Source: Candidatus Latescibacterota bacterium (GTDB lineage Bacteria > Latescibacterota > UBA2968 > GCA-2709665). Taken from it: a DNA stretch of 64,000 bases. Position 1 is the first letter of the stretch; every line of letters begins with the position of its first letter. The stretch is from contig OZ252100.1 of NCBI GenBank assembly GCA_965248435.1, forward strand, positions 4,320,001 to 4,384,000, given 5' to 3'. Under the pieces are notes generated by a model that did not search any database, was not told the DNA's origin, and saw nothing but the letters and a program-made list of their open reading frames with translations. A program made the position numbers and the translations under genes. Shown piece after piece: positions 50,826-62,821 of this stretch.

Positions 50826-52130
50826 GTGGCCGTAGAAGAATACAAGATTATTACCGAACTGTTTGGCGTTGAGAACCTTCAAGACATTGATGTCTACAAA
50901 GGGCATGGTGGATATAAAGCCCTGGAGAAGGCTCTGAAACTGACACCCGATGAGGTGATCGAGAACGTGAAGGAATCGGGACTTTCGGGGCGCGGTGGGG
51001 CCTGGTTCTCTACGGGGATGAAGTGGGGTTTTATGCCAAAGGAACCTGAGGTGCCTTCCTACCTGTGCGTGAACGCCGATGAGAGTGAGCCGGGGACGTT
51101 CAAGGACCGGCAGCTTCTGCAGGAGAATCCTCATCAGTTGCTGGAAGGTACGATTATCGCGGCGTATGCGATTCGGGCAAGCGTGGTCTACATCTACATC
51201 CGGGGCGAGATGTGGGAGGAACTGGTGCAGATGGACCGGATGATCGATCAGGCCCGCAAGGCTGGATACATCGGAAAGAACATCCTTGGAACGGGCTATG
51301 ATCTGGAGGTGTACACGCATCCTGGTGCAGGGGCCTATATATGTGGAGAGGAGATGGGTCTGATCGCATCCCTGGAGGGGAAGCGAGCCGAACCTCGCGC
51401 TAAGCCGCCTTTCCCGGCCCAAAAGGGGGCTTTTGATTGTCCGACCATCGTAAACAACGTGCAGACCCTATCCTATGTGCCCCACATCATCAACAGGGGT
51501 TCGGACTGGTTCAAAGGCATAGGCAGCGAGAAATTTCCAGGCACGTTCATTTTTTGCGTCAGCGGCCACGTGAAAAATCCTGGAATGTGGGAGCTGGAGA
51601 TCGGTTCAGCGACCATGCGGGAGATCGTCTACGATTTGGCAGGAGGGCTTCCGGAAGGCCGTAAGCTCAAGGCAGTGATCCCTGGAGGTGCGTCTACACC
51701 ACCCATGATGCCGGGCGAGATCGATATCGTGATGGATCCTTCCAACTTTCAAATACCCGGCAGGGGTGAATACAAGGGGATGTTCGGGACAGGAGGTGTT
51801 ATCGTGATGGATGATACCACCTGCGTCGTCGACGCCTTGTTGAATTTGATGAATTTCTTTGCACACGAGTCGTGCGGTCAGTGCACGCCGTGCAGGGAGG
51901 GATGTCCGTGGGCACGTGATATTCTCAGGCGAATCAAACACGGACAGGGCCTGCCGGAGGATCTGGATACGCTGTCAGATATCGCGAATCGCGTCTCTCC
52001 GTTCCTAGGACCCTGGACCACCATATGTCCGTTCGGGGCTGCCTTCTCCTATCCCATCCACGGATTCTTGCAGGTCTTTCGAAAGGATTTTGAGGCGCTG
52101 ATCAGCAATTACGCGATCAGTAAGAATTGA
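50826..52130 (+). CDS. nuoF: NADH-quinone oxidoreductase subunit F
   Basis: GRGGA, NADESEPGTFKDR, GAYICGEE, ESCGQCTPCREG. Confidence 0.94.
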   Translation: MAVEEYKIITELFGVENLQDIDVYKGHGGYKALEKALKLTPDEVIENVKESGLSGRGGAWFSTGMKWGFMPKEPEVPSYLCVNADESEPGTFKDRQLLQENPHQLLEGTIIAAYAIRASVVYIYIRGEMWEELVQMDRMIDQARKAGYIGKNILGTGYDLEVYTHPGAGAYICGEEMGLIASLEGKRAEPRAKPPFPAQKGAFDCPTIVNNVQTLSYVPHIINRGSDWFKGIGSEKFPGTFIFCVSGHVKNPGMWELEIGSATMREIVYDLAGGLPEGRKLKAVIPGGASTPPMMPGEIDIVMDPSNFQIPGRGEYKGMFGTGGVIVMDDTTCVVDALLNLMNFFAHESCGQCTPCREGCPWARDILRRIKHGQGLPEDLDTLSDIANRVSPFLGPWTTICPFGAAFSYPIHGFLQVFRKDFEALISNYAISKN

Positions 52131-52148
52131 ACATCCGGGTGATCATAG

Positions 52149-53750
52149 ATGGCTACTTTTACGATCGACGATAAAGAGATTGAGGTTGTTCCAGGCAGAA
52201 ACGTTTTGATGACGGCCCTGGATCAGGGGATTCACATCCCTCACTACTGTTACCATCCCGGATTGAGCGCACCGGCGAACTGCCGGATGTGCCTCGTGGA
52301 GATCGAGGCCAACGGGAGGCGTGGTCTCCTGCCTTCGTGCACGGCTATGCCGACAGAGGGCATGGTCGTTGAGACTCAGAGCGAGTTCGTCAAGGAGACA
52401 CACAAGGCGGTGATGGAGTTTCTGCTGATCAACCACCCGCTGGATTGTCCTGTTTGCGACCAGGCGGGCGAGTGTCACCTGCAGGACTACAGCTATTCCC
52501 ACGGTCCCGGAGAGAGCCGATTCTTTGAAGCCAAGTCGATCCAGCCAAAGAAGGACATCGGGGAACATACGCTGCTCTATTCGGATCGCTGTATCCGGTG
52601 CACGCGGTGCATTCGTTTCTGTGACGAGATCTCTGGTACGAGTGAGCTTGGCTATTTCAATCGCGGTGTGCACAACGAGGTTGATATCTTCCCCGGGATT
52701 CGTTTGGACAACCGGCTTTCGGGGAATACCGTGGACATCTGTCCCGTGGGTGCGCTGCTGGATAAGGACTTCCTGTTCAAGCAGCGGGTCTGGTTCCTCA
52801 AGGGCGTGGATACGATTTGCCCCGGCTGCAGCACAGGCTGCAACATTCGAGCGGACCTGAACAACGAGCGAATATACCGGCTCGTACCACGCGAAAACTC
52901 GGACGTGAACGACTACTGGATGTGCGATGACGGACGCCATGGCTGGGGATATGTTCACAGCGAAAACCGCCTGTTCTTTCCGCTCGTGGGAAAGGGGGAG
53001 GAGGAGGACCTGGTCCTTTGGGATGCGGCGCTGAACCGAGTCAAGGAGGGGTTAGAGGGTGTTCAGGGGACTCACGGAAGTGAAGCCGTCGCTGGATTTG
53101 TTTCCGGACACGTGACCAACGAAGAACAGTTTCTATTCGGCAGGCTTTTTGAAACGGTTCTCAAGGGCGGCCCTGTGGCGATCAGGACACGTGTCAGCTC
53201 GGAGGGAGACGTCGCGTTCAAGAGCGGGTTTACGATCCGGGCGGAAAAGTCGCCTAACGCGAGGGGAGCAGCGGAAATCCTGGGTGGTGTTAGCGTAGAT
53301 GCCCAGGAGATCTGGAGCGGCATAAACAGCGGCAAGATCAAGGCCCTCTACTTCCTCGGCGGAGATTCGGAAGAGGTGTTCACGGAGAGTGAGATGGAAA
53401 CGCTCGCCAAGCTGGATTTTCTGGTCGTCCAAACCATCTCGTCGAGCGATCTGACTCGAAGGGCCGACGTTGTGTTGGCGGGGGCGTCCTTCATTGAGAA
53501 AGATGGAACGTTCACCAACCACACCGGCCGCGTCCAGCGAATTCGGCGCGGGCTTGCACCCCCGGGTGATGCAAAAGCAGACTGGGAGATCTTGAAAGAC
53601 TTTCTGGAAGTTATGGGAACTGAAGCGGCGTACGAACAGGCAGAGGATGTCTTGGCCGATTTGGCCGGTTCCGTCAAAGTCTTCGAGGCTGTGGGCTTCG
53701 AGAAACTGGGGAATCAGGGGATGCCTCTGGGCGAAGCAAAAACAGAATGA
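52149..53750 (+). CDS. nuoG: NADH-quinone oxidoreductase subunit G (short form)
   Basis: CYH...CRMC, HPLDCPVCDQAGEC, CIRCTRC..CPVGAL, CPGCSTGC. Confidence 0.9.
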   Translation: MATFTIDDKEIEVVPGRNVLMTALDQGIHIPHYCYHPGLSAPANCRMCLVEIEANGRRGLLPSCTAMPTEGMVVETQSEFVKETHKAVMEFLLINHPLDCPVCDQAGECHLQDYSYSHGPGESRFFEAKSIQPKKDIGEHTLLYSDRCIRCTRCIRFCDEISGTSELGYFNRGVHNEVDIFPGIRLDNRLSGNTVDICPVGALLDKDFLFKQRVWFLKGVDTICPGCSTGCNIRADLNNERIYRLVPRENSDVNDYWMCDDGRHGWGYVHSENRLFFPLVGKGEEEDLVLWDAALNRVKEGLEGVQGTHGSEAVAGFVSGHVTNEEQFLFGRLFETVLKGGPVAIRTRVSSEGDVAFKSGFTIRAEKSPNARGAAEILGGVSVDAQEIWSGINSGKIKALYFLGGDSEEVFTESEMETLAKLDFLVVQTISSSDLTRRADVVLAGASFIEKDGTFTNHTGRVQRIRRGLAPPGDAKADWEILKDFLEVMGTEAAYEQAEDVLADLAGSVKVFEAVGFEKLGNQGMPLGEAKTE

Positions 53751-53826
53751 TGGATATTGAAAAACTTCCCGATTCTGGAGTATTGCAGTACTGGATCACT
53801 CGACATTCTCTTTTAAGCATAACCAG

Positions 53827-54873
53827 GTGTTTATGGATTACGCGCTCGAAAGCTTGATTAAGGTCGTTGTTGTGATCGCAGTTCTGCTGGGTGCGGTCGC
53901 CTACCTCGTATTGGCCGAAAGAAAGGTGAGTGCGTTCATCCAGAATCGGTTGGGACCGAACCGCGTGGGGCCCTGGGGACTGCTTCAGCCGCTGGCAGAC
54001 GGTCTCAAATTTCTGTTCAAGGAAGATGTCATTCCCAACCACGTGAATCTCGTCGTCTATCTGGCCGCCCCCCCCGCGATTCTGATTCCGGCCTTGATTG
54101 GGTTTGCGGTGATCCCGTTCGGTGACACCATTACCTTGTTTGGAAGGAACGTCCAACTTCAGATCGCCGACGTGAATGTCGGCATCCTTTACATTCTTGC
54201 GATGGGCTCGCTCGGGGTCTACGGGGTCGTGCTCGGGGGGTGGGCTTCCAACAACAAATACGCTCTTCTGGGGGGTATTCGGGCCTCCGCTCAGATGATC
54301 AGCTACGAGCTTTCACTCGGCTTGTCTCTGATTGGTGTACTGATGATTTCGGAATCCCTGCGTCTTAACGATATCGTGAACGTCCAGGCATCACATACGC
54401 TGTTCGGATTTCTACCGCGCTGGAACGTATTCACACAGCCCCTCGCATTTGTCATCTTTACAACCTCGGCGTTTGCCGAAGCAAACCGGCTGCCATTCGA
54501 TCTGCCTGAATCTGAACAAGAGCTTGTCGCAGGCTACCACGCCGAGTACAGTAGCCTGAAGTTCGCCATGTTTTTCATGGCTGAGTATGCCCACATGATT
54601 ACGGCCTCCGCCGTGGTGGCTACGCTTTTCTTCGGAGGATGGCACGTCCCCTGGCTGATCGAACCGGGTGACGTCTCGCTGCAAGCAAGCCTTTTGAAGG
54701 TGGCTGCGTTCGCGGTCAAGACCGGGTTCTTTATGTTCCTCTTCCTTTGGGTACGTTGGACCCTGCCCCGGTTTCGCTATGATCAGGTGATGTGGTTGGG
54801 GTGGAGGGTGTTGCTGCCCCTTTCGCTGTTGAACGTCTTCGTGACCGGACTGCTGATTACTCTGGCCAGGTAA
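53827..54873 (+). CDS. nuoH: NADH-quinone oxidoreductase subunit H
   Basis: ERK..A..Q.R.GPNRVG, RLPFDLPESEQELVAG, PRFRYDQ. Confidence 0.95.
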   Translation: MFMDYALESLIKVVVVIAVLLGAVAYLVLAERKVSAFIQNRLGPNRVGPWGLLQPLADGLKFLFKEDVIPNHVNLVVYLAAPPAILIPALIGFAVIPFGDTITLFGRNVQLQIADVNVGILYILAMGSLGVYGVVLGGWASNNKYALLGGIRASAQMISYELSLGLSLIGVLMISESLRLNDIVNVQASHTLFGFLPRWNVFTQPLAFVIFTTSAFAEANRLPFDLPESEQELVAGYHAEYSSLKFAMFFMAEYAHMITASAVVATLFFGGWHVPWLIEPGDVSLQASLLKVAAFAVKTGFFMFLFLWVRWTLPRFRYDQVMWLGWRVLLPLSLLNVFVTGLLITLAR

Positions 54874-54898
54874 GCAAGCAGCCGGCCTGGGAGGGAAG

Positions 54899-55420
54899 AT
54901 GGAGGCGTTTTTCTTCTTTCTGTTCGCCTTTGTCGCCGTGGTATCCGCGGTACTGCTTGTCCTGTTCCGAAACCCGGTCTACTGCGCCCTGTCGCTAGTG
55001 GGAACGTTTTTCGCCCTGGCAGGGCTTTTTGTTTTGCTGGAGGCCTACTTCCTCGCGGCGGTCCAGGTGATCGTCTATGCCGGGGCGATTATGGTCCTTT
55101 TTTTGTTCGTGATTATGCTCTTGAACCTGGGCCACGGAGATGCAGAGCCAATGCCGGGACGCTACAGGCAGTTCGCAGTAATCCTTCTGATGGCCATCCT
55201 CGTTACCCAGGTGGGTATCGTTGCGGGTCGACAGTTGAACGCAACAGCTTCTGCCGAACGGTCCGCGATGCAGGAAGAGAACGTGTCATATCTTGGCAAA
55301 CTGCTGTTCACAGATTTTCTATTTCCGTTTGAGGTCGTAGGAATCATCCTTCTCGTGGCGCTGATCGGGGTGATCGTACTGGTCAAGCGGGAGCCGACGG
55401 GGACTGGTGATCAAACGTAG
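54899..55420 (+). CDS. nuoJ: NADH-quinone oxidoreductase subunit J
   Basis: [23 protein letters not shown]. Confidence 0.93.
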   Translation: MEAFFFFLFAFVAVVSAVLLVLFRNPVYCALSLVGTFFALAGLFVLLEAYFLAAVQVIVYAGAIMVLFLFVIMLLNLGHGDAEPMPGRYRQFAVILLMAILVTQVGIVAGRQLNATASAERSAMQEENVSYLGKLLFTDFLFPFEVVGIILLVALIGVIVLVKREPTGTGDQT

Positions 55421-55449
55421 TCGTTGCACGGAAACTACCGGTGTTTGAA

Positions 55450-55755
55450 ATGGCGATACCGATCTCATACTACGTGATTTTGAGCGCGATCCTGTTTGCG
55501 ATCGGCGTTGCGGGGGTGCTGACCCGGCGCAATGCAATCGTCATATTCATGTGTATCGAGTTGATGCTGAACGCCGTCAACCTCCTGTTTGTGGCCTTCG
55601 CTCGACACAATGGCGTGGGTTCGGGTCAAGTCTTCGTCTTCTTCGTGATGGCGGTTGCCGCCGCGGAAGTGGCCGTTGGACTGGCGATCATCATCGCCCT
55701 GTTCAGGAACAGAGAGACAATAGATGTAACACAGGTGAATCTGCTCAAATGGTAG
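55450..55755 (+). CDS. nuoK: NADH-quinone oxidoreductase subunit K
   Basis: [19 protein letters not shown]. Confidence 0.95.
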   Translation: MAIPISYYVILSAILFAIGVAGVLTRRNAIVIFMCIELMLNAVNLLFVAFARHNGVGSGQVFVFFVMAVAAAEVAVGLAIIIALFRNRETIDVTQVNLLKW

Positions 55756-55797
55756 ATGGGTATCGATTGCGGAACCGCAGAGGGTGCGGAGAAGTAC

Positions 55798-55995
55798 GAA
55801 TAGTGAATATCGAACAGCAGAATGTCGAATGATAAAGGAAAAAGCCGAGTGGCGTGTTGCGATCTAGCTGCTCCAGTACTCGTGGTTTTGTTCCTTACTC
55901 CTTCGACATTCGGCGTTCATTATTCGACATTCGCTATTCTCTTTTGATTCTGCTCCGGACTCTGGTTACTAACTCGAATCTCGAAACTCGAAACT
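55798..55995. repeat. Inverted (GAATNNC)n heptamer element plus (AACTCGA)n array between nuoK and nuoL
   Basis: gaatagt-gaatatc-gaacagca-gaatgtc-gaatga; inverted arm at 55902-55939; aactcga-atctcga-aactcga-aact at 55971-55995. Confidence 0.85.
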
Positions 55996-56002
55996 GATTC
56001 CC

Positions 56003-57865
<1,863 letters not shown>

Positions 57866-57880
57866 TCCAGAAACTCTGAC

Positions 57881-59449
57881 ATGCCCGGACTGCTTACCAT
57901 ACTCATCTTCTTCCCTCTGGCGGGGGCCGTAATTGTCATGCTCTTCGGCCGGGGAAGAGACAATTTCAGCAGGGTGGCGGCGCTCGCCGTTTCGATCGTC
58001 GATTTCGTCCTTGCGATTCCCCTGTTCCTCCGGTTTAGAGCAGATGCCCACGCGATGCAATTCGTGGAACGGGTCCCGTGGGTGGAGAATCTCGGGATAA
58101 GCTACCACTTGGGAATCGACGGAATCAGCCTCCTGCTGGTTCTGATCACGACGCTCCTGACCTGGATATCGATTCTGGCGTCGTGGACAGCGATCACGTC
58201 GCGCGTGCGCGAGTTCATGGCCGCCATGTTGCTCCTTGAAACGGGGATGCTCGGCGTCTTCTGTTCGATTGACCTTTTTCTGTTTTACGTCTTCTGGGAG
58301 GCGATGCTGATCCCGATGTACCTGTTGATCGGCGTCTGGGGGGGCGAGCGGAGGATCTACGCGACGATCAAATTCGTGCTCTTCACATTGGCTGGAAGCC
58401 TGCTGATGCTCGTCGCGATCATCTATCTCTATTTTCTGCACGGCCAGGAGACAGGGGTCTACACGTTCGATTTGCTGACGCTTTACGGGTTCTCCGTTGC
58501 CCGTGAAGCACAGTACTGGCTCTTTGCTGCCTTCTTCCTCAGTTTCGCGATCAAGGTGCCTCTGTTCCCGTTTCACACCTGGCTGCCGGATGCCCACGTC
58601 GAGGCCCCCACTGCCGGGAGCGTGATCCTTGCCGGCGTCCTCCTGAAGATGGGCACGTACGGACTGGTCCGATTCTGTCTCCCGCTCTTTCCACTGGCCT
58701 CGCTTCATTTCACGCCTCTGATTATGGTCTTCTCCGTGATCGGCATCATCTACGGCGCGCTCGTGGCGATGGTTCAGCCGGACATCAAGAAGCTCGTGGC
58801 CTATTCCAGCGTGAGCCACCTCGGGTTTGTCGTGCTCGGAATTTTTGCGCTCAATGTACAGGGCCTTCAGGGCGGAATTATCCAGATGGTGAATCACGGA
58901 CTATCCACGGGTGCGCTGTTCCTGATCGTCGGGATGATCTACGAGCGGCGGCACACCCGGCTTATTTCTGATTTCGGTGGACTGGCAAGAACGATACCGG
59001 TGTTCGCCACGTTCTTCATGATCACGACCATGTCTTCGATCGGCGTCCCCGGGCTGAACGGATTCGTGGGTGAATTCCTGATTTTGCTGGGGGCATTCAA
59101 GGCGAGCTGGGTGCTCGGGATCATCGCCACGATGGGGATTGTCCTGGCGGCGGTCTACATGCTCTGGATGTTTCAGAGGGTCGTCTGGGGGGAAGTGACT
59201 CACGAAGAAAATCGGGGCCTGACAGATCTTTCGATCAGGGAATGGGTGGTTATGCTACCGCTCGTGCTTCTGATGTTCTGGATCGGGATCTACCCAAAGA
59301 CCTTTCTATCGAAGACAGAGACATCCGCCAAGCACCTGATCTCACACGTACACGGTCGTCAGATGCAGGGATCAGACAGGGACTACGCCCTCGATCCGTC
59401 CAACCGCACACCGTTCGCCTCACTGAAATCCCACGGGAGGAGCAAGTAA
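57881..59449 (+). CDS. nuoM: NADH-quinone oxidoreductase subunit M
   Basis: FYVFWE, KVPLFPFHTWLPDAHVEAP, LLKMG, GFVGEF. Confidence 0.96.
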   Translation: MPGLLTILIFFPLAGAVIVMLFGRGRDNFSRVAALAVSIVDFVLAIPLFLRFRADAHAMQFVERVPWVENLGISYHLGIDGISLLLVLITTLLTWISILASWTAITSRVREFMAAMLLLETGMLGVFCSIDLFLFYVFWEAMLIPMYLLIGVWGGERRIYATIKFVLFTLAGSLLMLVAIIYLYFLHGQETGVYTFDLLTLYGFSVAREAQYWLFAAFFLSFAIKVPLFPFHTWLPDAHVEAPTAGSVILAGVLLKMGTYGLVRFCLPLFPLASLHFTPLIMVFSVIGIIYGALVAMVQPDIKKLVAYSSVSHLGFVVLGIFALNVQGLQGGIIQMVNHGLSTGALFLIVGMIYERRHTRLISDFGGLARTIPVFATFFMITTMSSIGVPGLNGFVGEFLILLGAFKASWVLGIIATMGIVLAAVYMLWMFQRVVWGEVTHEENRGLTDLSIREWVVMLPLVLLMFWIGIYPKTFLSKTETSAKHLISHVHGRQMQGSDRDYALDPSNRTPFASLKSHGRSK

Positions 59450-60924
59450 TGGGATGGAACCTCTTGGTGTTTTTGTTGATCGCGTTTGGCACCCCAACCG
59501 ACACGTTTGCTGCAGGCGGGGGAGGTGAGCAGGCGAATCTAGGCGAAATGTTGTCTCTGTGGAGCGTCATCCCGTTTATCGGGATCCTGCTATCGATTGC
59601 CGTTATACCTCTTGTGAATTCCCATTGGTGGCACCACAACTTTGGAAGAGTGTCCGCAGCCTGGGCGCTGATCTTCGCGATTCCCTTCCTGTTCGCCTAC
59701 AGAGGAGACGCCTTCCACGAAATCCTGCATATTTACCTGGCCGATTATTTCCCGTTCATCATTCTCTTGTGGGGGCTGTATACCGCGGCCGGCGGGATCG
59801 TGGTGCGGGGGTCTATTGCTGGAACGCCGGTGGCGAACACCGTCATGCTTTTCATCGGTACGGTTCTGGCGTCGTGGATGGGGACGACAGGGGCCTCGAT
59901 GGTGCTCATCCGTCCGATTCTGAGGGCCAATGCGACCCGAAAGTCGAAAGTCCACGTGGTGGTCTTCTTCATCTTTCTTGTGAGCAACATCGGGGGCTCG
60001 CTCACACCCCTTGGCGATCCGCCCCTCTTCCTGGGCTTCCTCCACGGGGTTCCTTTCTTCTGGACCATGGCTCTGCTTCCAGAGATGGCCGCGATCTCGC
60101 TGGCCCTCCTGGGGATCTTCTTCGTGGTAGATACGATCTACTACAAGCGCGAGCAGGGGCAGGTACCGGAGGGGGAGGCCTCAGCAGAGAAGGCTCCGCT
60201 CGGCGTCGATGGGCTCTACAACCTGATCTTTCTGGGTGGGGTGATGGGCGCTGTGCTGCTGAGCGGTTTCTGGAATCCTCACGTGGAGCTGAACGTCCTC
60301 GGTGTGCACATCGCTTTGCAAAGTCTGGTGCGTGATGTGTTGATTATCGTAATGGGTCTGCTTTCGCTCAAGTTTACGCCCTGGACGCTCCGGGAGGCGA
60401 ACGGGTTCACCTGGTTTCCGATCAAGGAGGTGGGCTACCTGTTCGCGGGGATCTTTATGACTATCGTTCCGGCGCTCGCGATCTTGAAGGCCGGGGAGCA
60501 GGGCAGTCTGGCCTTCGTCATTCGCGCCGCGAAAAACGAAGCCAGCTATTTCTGGATCACAGGCGTGCTGTCCAGCTTCCTGGACAACGCCCCGACATAC
60601 CTGACGTTCTTTACCTCTGCCCTCGGCAAGCTGGGGCTGACAGAGGATACGATCCGCCAGGCCCTACGCATGGCACCAGAGGCGTGGGGCACGCTGGGTG
60701 CGGATCCAGCGCAGATCGCACGATTCGTAGCGTTTCTGAAGGCGATCTCCTTAGGCGCGGTGTTCATGGGTGCGAACACCTACATCGGAAACGCCCCGAA
60801 CTTCATGGTCAAATCGATCGCCGAAGAGAACGGCGTTCCCATGCCCAGCTTCTTCGGGTATATGCTCTACTCAGTCTTGATCCTGGTACCGCTGTTCATA
60901 ATTCTGACGTTTGTTATCTATTAA
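59449..60924 (+). CDS. IT-superfamily (NhaD/ArsB/CitMHS-like) putative Na+:H+ antiporter
   Basis: SNIGGSLTPLGDPPL, SSFLDNAPTY, GANTYIGNAPNFMVK, and many TM segments. ATG overlaps the nuoM stop (TAATG). Confidence 0.85.
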   Translation: MGWNLLVFLLIAFGTPTDTFAAGGGGEQANLGEMLSLWSVIPFIGILLSIAVIPLVNSHWWHHNFGRVSAAWALIFAIPFLFAYRGDAFHEILHIYLADYFPFIILLWGLYTAAGGIVVRGSIAGTPVANTVMLFIGTVLASWMGTTGASMVLIRPILRANATRKSKVHVVVFFIFLVSNIGGSLTPLGDPPLFLGFLHGVPFFWTMALLPEMAAISLALLGIFFVVDTIYYKREQGQVPEGEASAEKAPLGVDGLYNLIFLGGVMGAVLLSGFWNPHVELNVLGVHIALQSLVRDVLIIVMGLLSLKFTPWTLREANGFTWFPIKEVGYLFAGIFMTIVPALAILKAGEQGSLAFVIRAAKNEASYFWITGVLSSFLDNAPTYLTFFTSALGKLGLTEDTIRQALRMAPEAWGTLGADPAQIARFVAFLKAISLGAVFMGANTYIGNAPNFMVKSIAEENGVPMPSFFGYMLYSVLILVPLFIILTFVIY

Positions 60925-60977
60925 GACATTGTAAAATATTATTTTAAGTTGAATTCAGGGACAATCGGCCTTTTCGC

Positions 60978-61010
60978 TTGACTTTTTATTCGACCTGAGA
61001 TTTATTAATA
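60978..61010 (+). promoter_or_regulatory. Possible internal promoter before nuoN-atp
   Basis: TTGACT followed by AT-rich TTTATTAATAT at 17-19 nt spacing, inside a 117-bp AT-rich gap. Confidence 0.4.
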
Positions 61011-61041
61011 TATCTAATGAATTTTTCCGGGGCTTACTCGT

Positions 61042-62493
61042 TTGTCTGACCTGAATTGGACCATTCTCATACCGGCGTTGATCGTGTCGGGGGCCTTCCT
61101 GCTGGTGCTCTGCATCGACATCGTGTGGCCAAAGAACAGGGGGACGCCGGCAGCTTATGTGGCGCTCTTTGGGACGGTCGTAGCGCTGATCCCCTCATTG
61201 CCCGGGATTGGGCTTTGGGGACGGTGGGAATACGGAATCAGCGGGATGATGGTCCTGGACAATTTTGCGCTTTTCTCGAATGCGATCTTCCTGATCGGGA
61301 CCGGGTTGACGATCGCGATATCGAGGGGCTACCTGGCTCGTGAGGTCGCCTCGCGCAGCGAATACTACCTGCTGCTGCTTTCGGCAACGCTCGGAATGAT
61401 GCTGATGGCCGCGGCCGGAGACCTGATCGTGATCTTCCTGGGCATCGAGCTGATGTCCATCTCGCTCTACATCCTGGTCGGCTTTCTGAGGGGGCGGCCG
61501 ACATCGAACGAGGCCTCCCTGAAGTACCTGCTGCTCGGGGCCTTCGCGACAGGCTTCCTGCTTTACGGCATTGCCCTCGTCTACGGGGCTGTCGGGACGA
61601 CCAACCTGCGAGAGATCGGACTGGCCCTCTCACAGGGACGGTTCAGCGGAGATTTCGTCCTGCTCGGGGGTCTCGCGATGTTGATCGTCGGGTTCGGGTT
61701 CAAGGTGGCAGCAGTGCCGTTCCATATGTGGGCGCCTGACGTCTACGAGGGGGCACCGACCGCGATCACGGCGTTCATTTCGGCGGGACCCAAGGCGGCC
61801 GCCTTTGTTGCCTTTCTCAGGGTGCTGACGGTGTCCATGCCGTCGCTCCGGGTCGAGTGGACGGCAGCACTCTGGGTGCTGGCGGTCTTGACGATGACCG
61901 TGGGCAATCTGAGTGCACTCAGTCAGCGCAGCATCAAACGGATGTTGGCCTACTCGAGTGTGGCCCACGCCGGTTACTTGCTCGTGGCCTTGGCCGCTGG
62001 AAGCGAAAGAGGAATTTCCTCCGCGCTGTTTTACCTCATGGCCTACACATTTATGAATATCGGGGCGTTTGCGGTCGTCATTCTCGTAGGCCGAAAAGGG
62101 GAAGAAAATCTGGACATTTCCGGCTATGCAGGGCTCGGATTTCGGCATCCCGGCCTTGGACTCGCGATGACGCTATTCATGGTGTCGCTTGCCGGGCTTC
62201 CTCCCACTGCGGGCTTCTTTGGAAAATTCTATATCTTCAGCGCCGCGGTTGAAGCCGGGCTGGTTTCCCTGGCCATCATCGGGGTCCTCAACAGCCTGGT
62301 TTCTGTCTACTTCTACCTGGGCGTCGTCGTCAGCATGTATATGCGTCAGCCCTCGGTGGAACCCCCTGCACTGCCCATGCCACTGTTTTCTCGCGCGGCG
62401 GTGCTGATCACGTTTTTAGCGACCCTATACATCGGTGTCTCTCCATCCGGCCTTCTGGAGAAGGCCTTGGAGACGATCTCATCCCTTATGTGA
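61042..62493 (+). CDS. nuoN: NADH-quinone oxidoreductase subunit N
   Basis: EASLKY, FKVAAVPFHMWAPDVYEGAP, KRMLAYSS, GFFGKF. Confidence 0.96.
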   Translation: MSDLNWTILIPALIVSGAFLLVLCIDIVWPKNRGTPAAYVALFGTVVALIPSLPGIGLWGRWEYGISGMMVLDNFALFSNAIFLIGTGLTIAISRGYLAREVASRSEYYLLLLSATLGMMLMAAAGDLIVIFLGIELMSISLYILVGFLRGRPTSNEASLKYLLLGAFATGFLLYGIALVYGAVGTTNLREIGLALSQGRFSGDFVLLGGLAMLIVGFGFKVAAVPFHMWAPDVYEGAPTAITAFISAGPKAAAFVAFLRVLTVSMPSLRVEWTAALWVLAVLTMTVGNLSALSQRSIKRMLAYSSVAHAGYLLVALAAGSERGISSALFYLMAYTFMNIGAFAVVILVGRKGEENLDISGYAGLGFRHPGLGLAMTLFMVSLAGLPPTAGFFGKFYIFSAAVEAGLVSLAIIGVLNSLVSVYFYLGVVVSMYMRQPSVEPPALPMPLFSRAAVLITFLATLYIGVSPSGLLEKALETISSLM

Positions 62494-62539
62494 CATCTGG
62501 ATCCTGAAACTCTGATCCTGTCTTCCAGGACCCCCGCTC

Positions 62540-62818
62540 ATGGCAGGGGAATCTAAATCGTCCAGCCGGGCTCGAGTTTACAGCCAGGTCGGACCCTATC
62601 TGGGCCTTGGTGTCGAGCTTGTCGCACCTGTCTTGTTCTGCATGGCCGTGGGATGGTGGCTTGACAAGCGGTTTGAAACCTCGCCGATGTTGATGCTTGT
62701 AGGCGCGTTTGTGGGTGCGGGCGTTGGTTTTTACAGTTTCTTCAGGACGGTGCTTCGGCTTCAGGGGAATAAGCCAGAGGCCGAAGGAGATGAGCAGACG
62801 CCTGAAGAGCAGGAGTGA
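62540..62818 (+). CDS. AtpZ/AtpI family protein
   Basis: GWWLDKRF..P motif, 2 TM, precedes atpB. Confidence 0.8.
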   Translation: MAGESKSSSRARVYSQVGPYLGLGVELVAPVLFCMAVGWWLDKRFETSPMLMLVGAFVGAGVGFYSFFRTVLRLQGNKPEAEGDEQTPEEQE

Positions 62819-62821
62819 CGG

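Noticed and set aside
59449-60924. Extra gene as a second NuoM (2M complex I)
   Set aside because: Its motifs are IT-superfamily, not Mrp-like.
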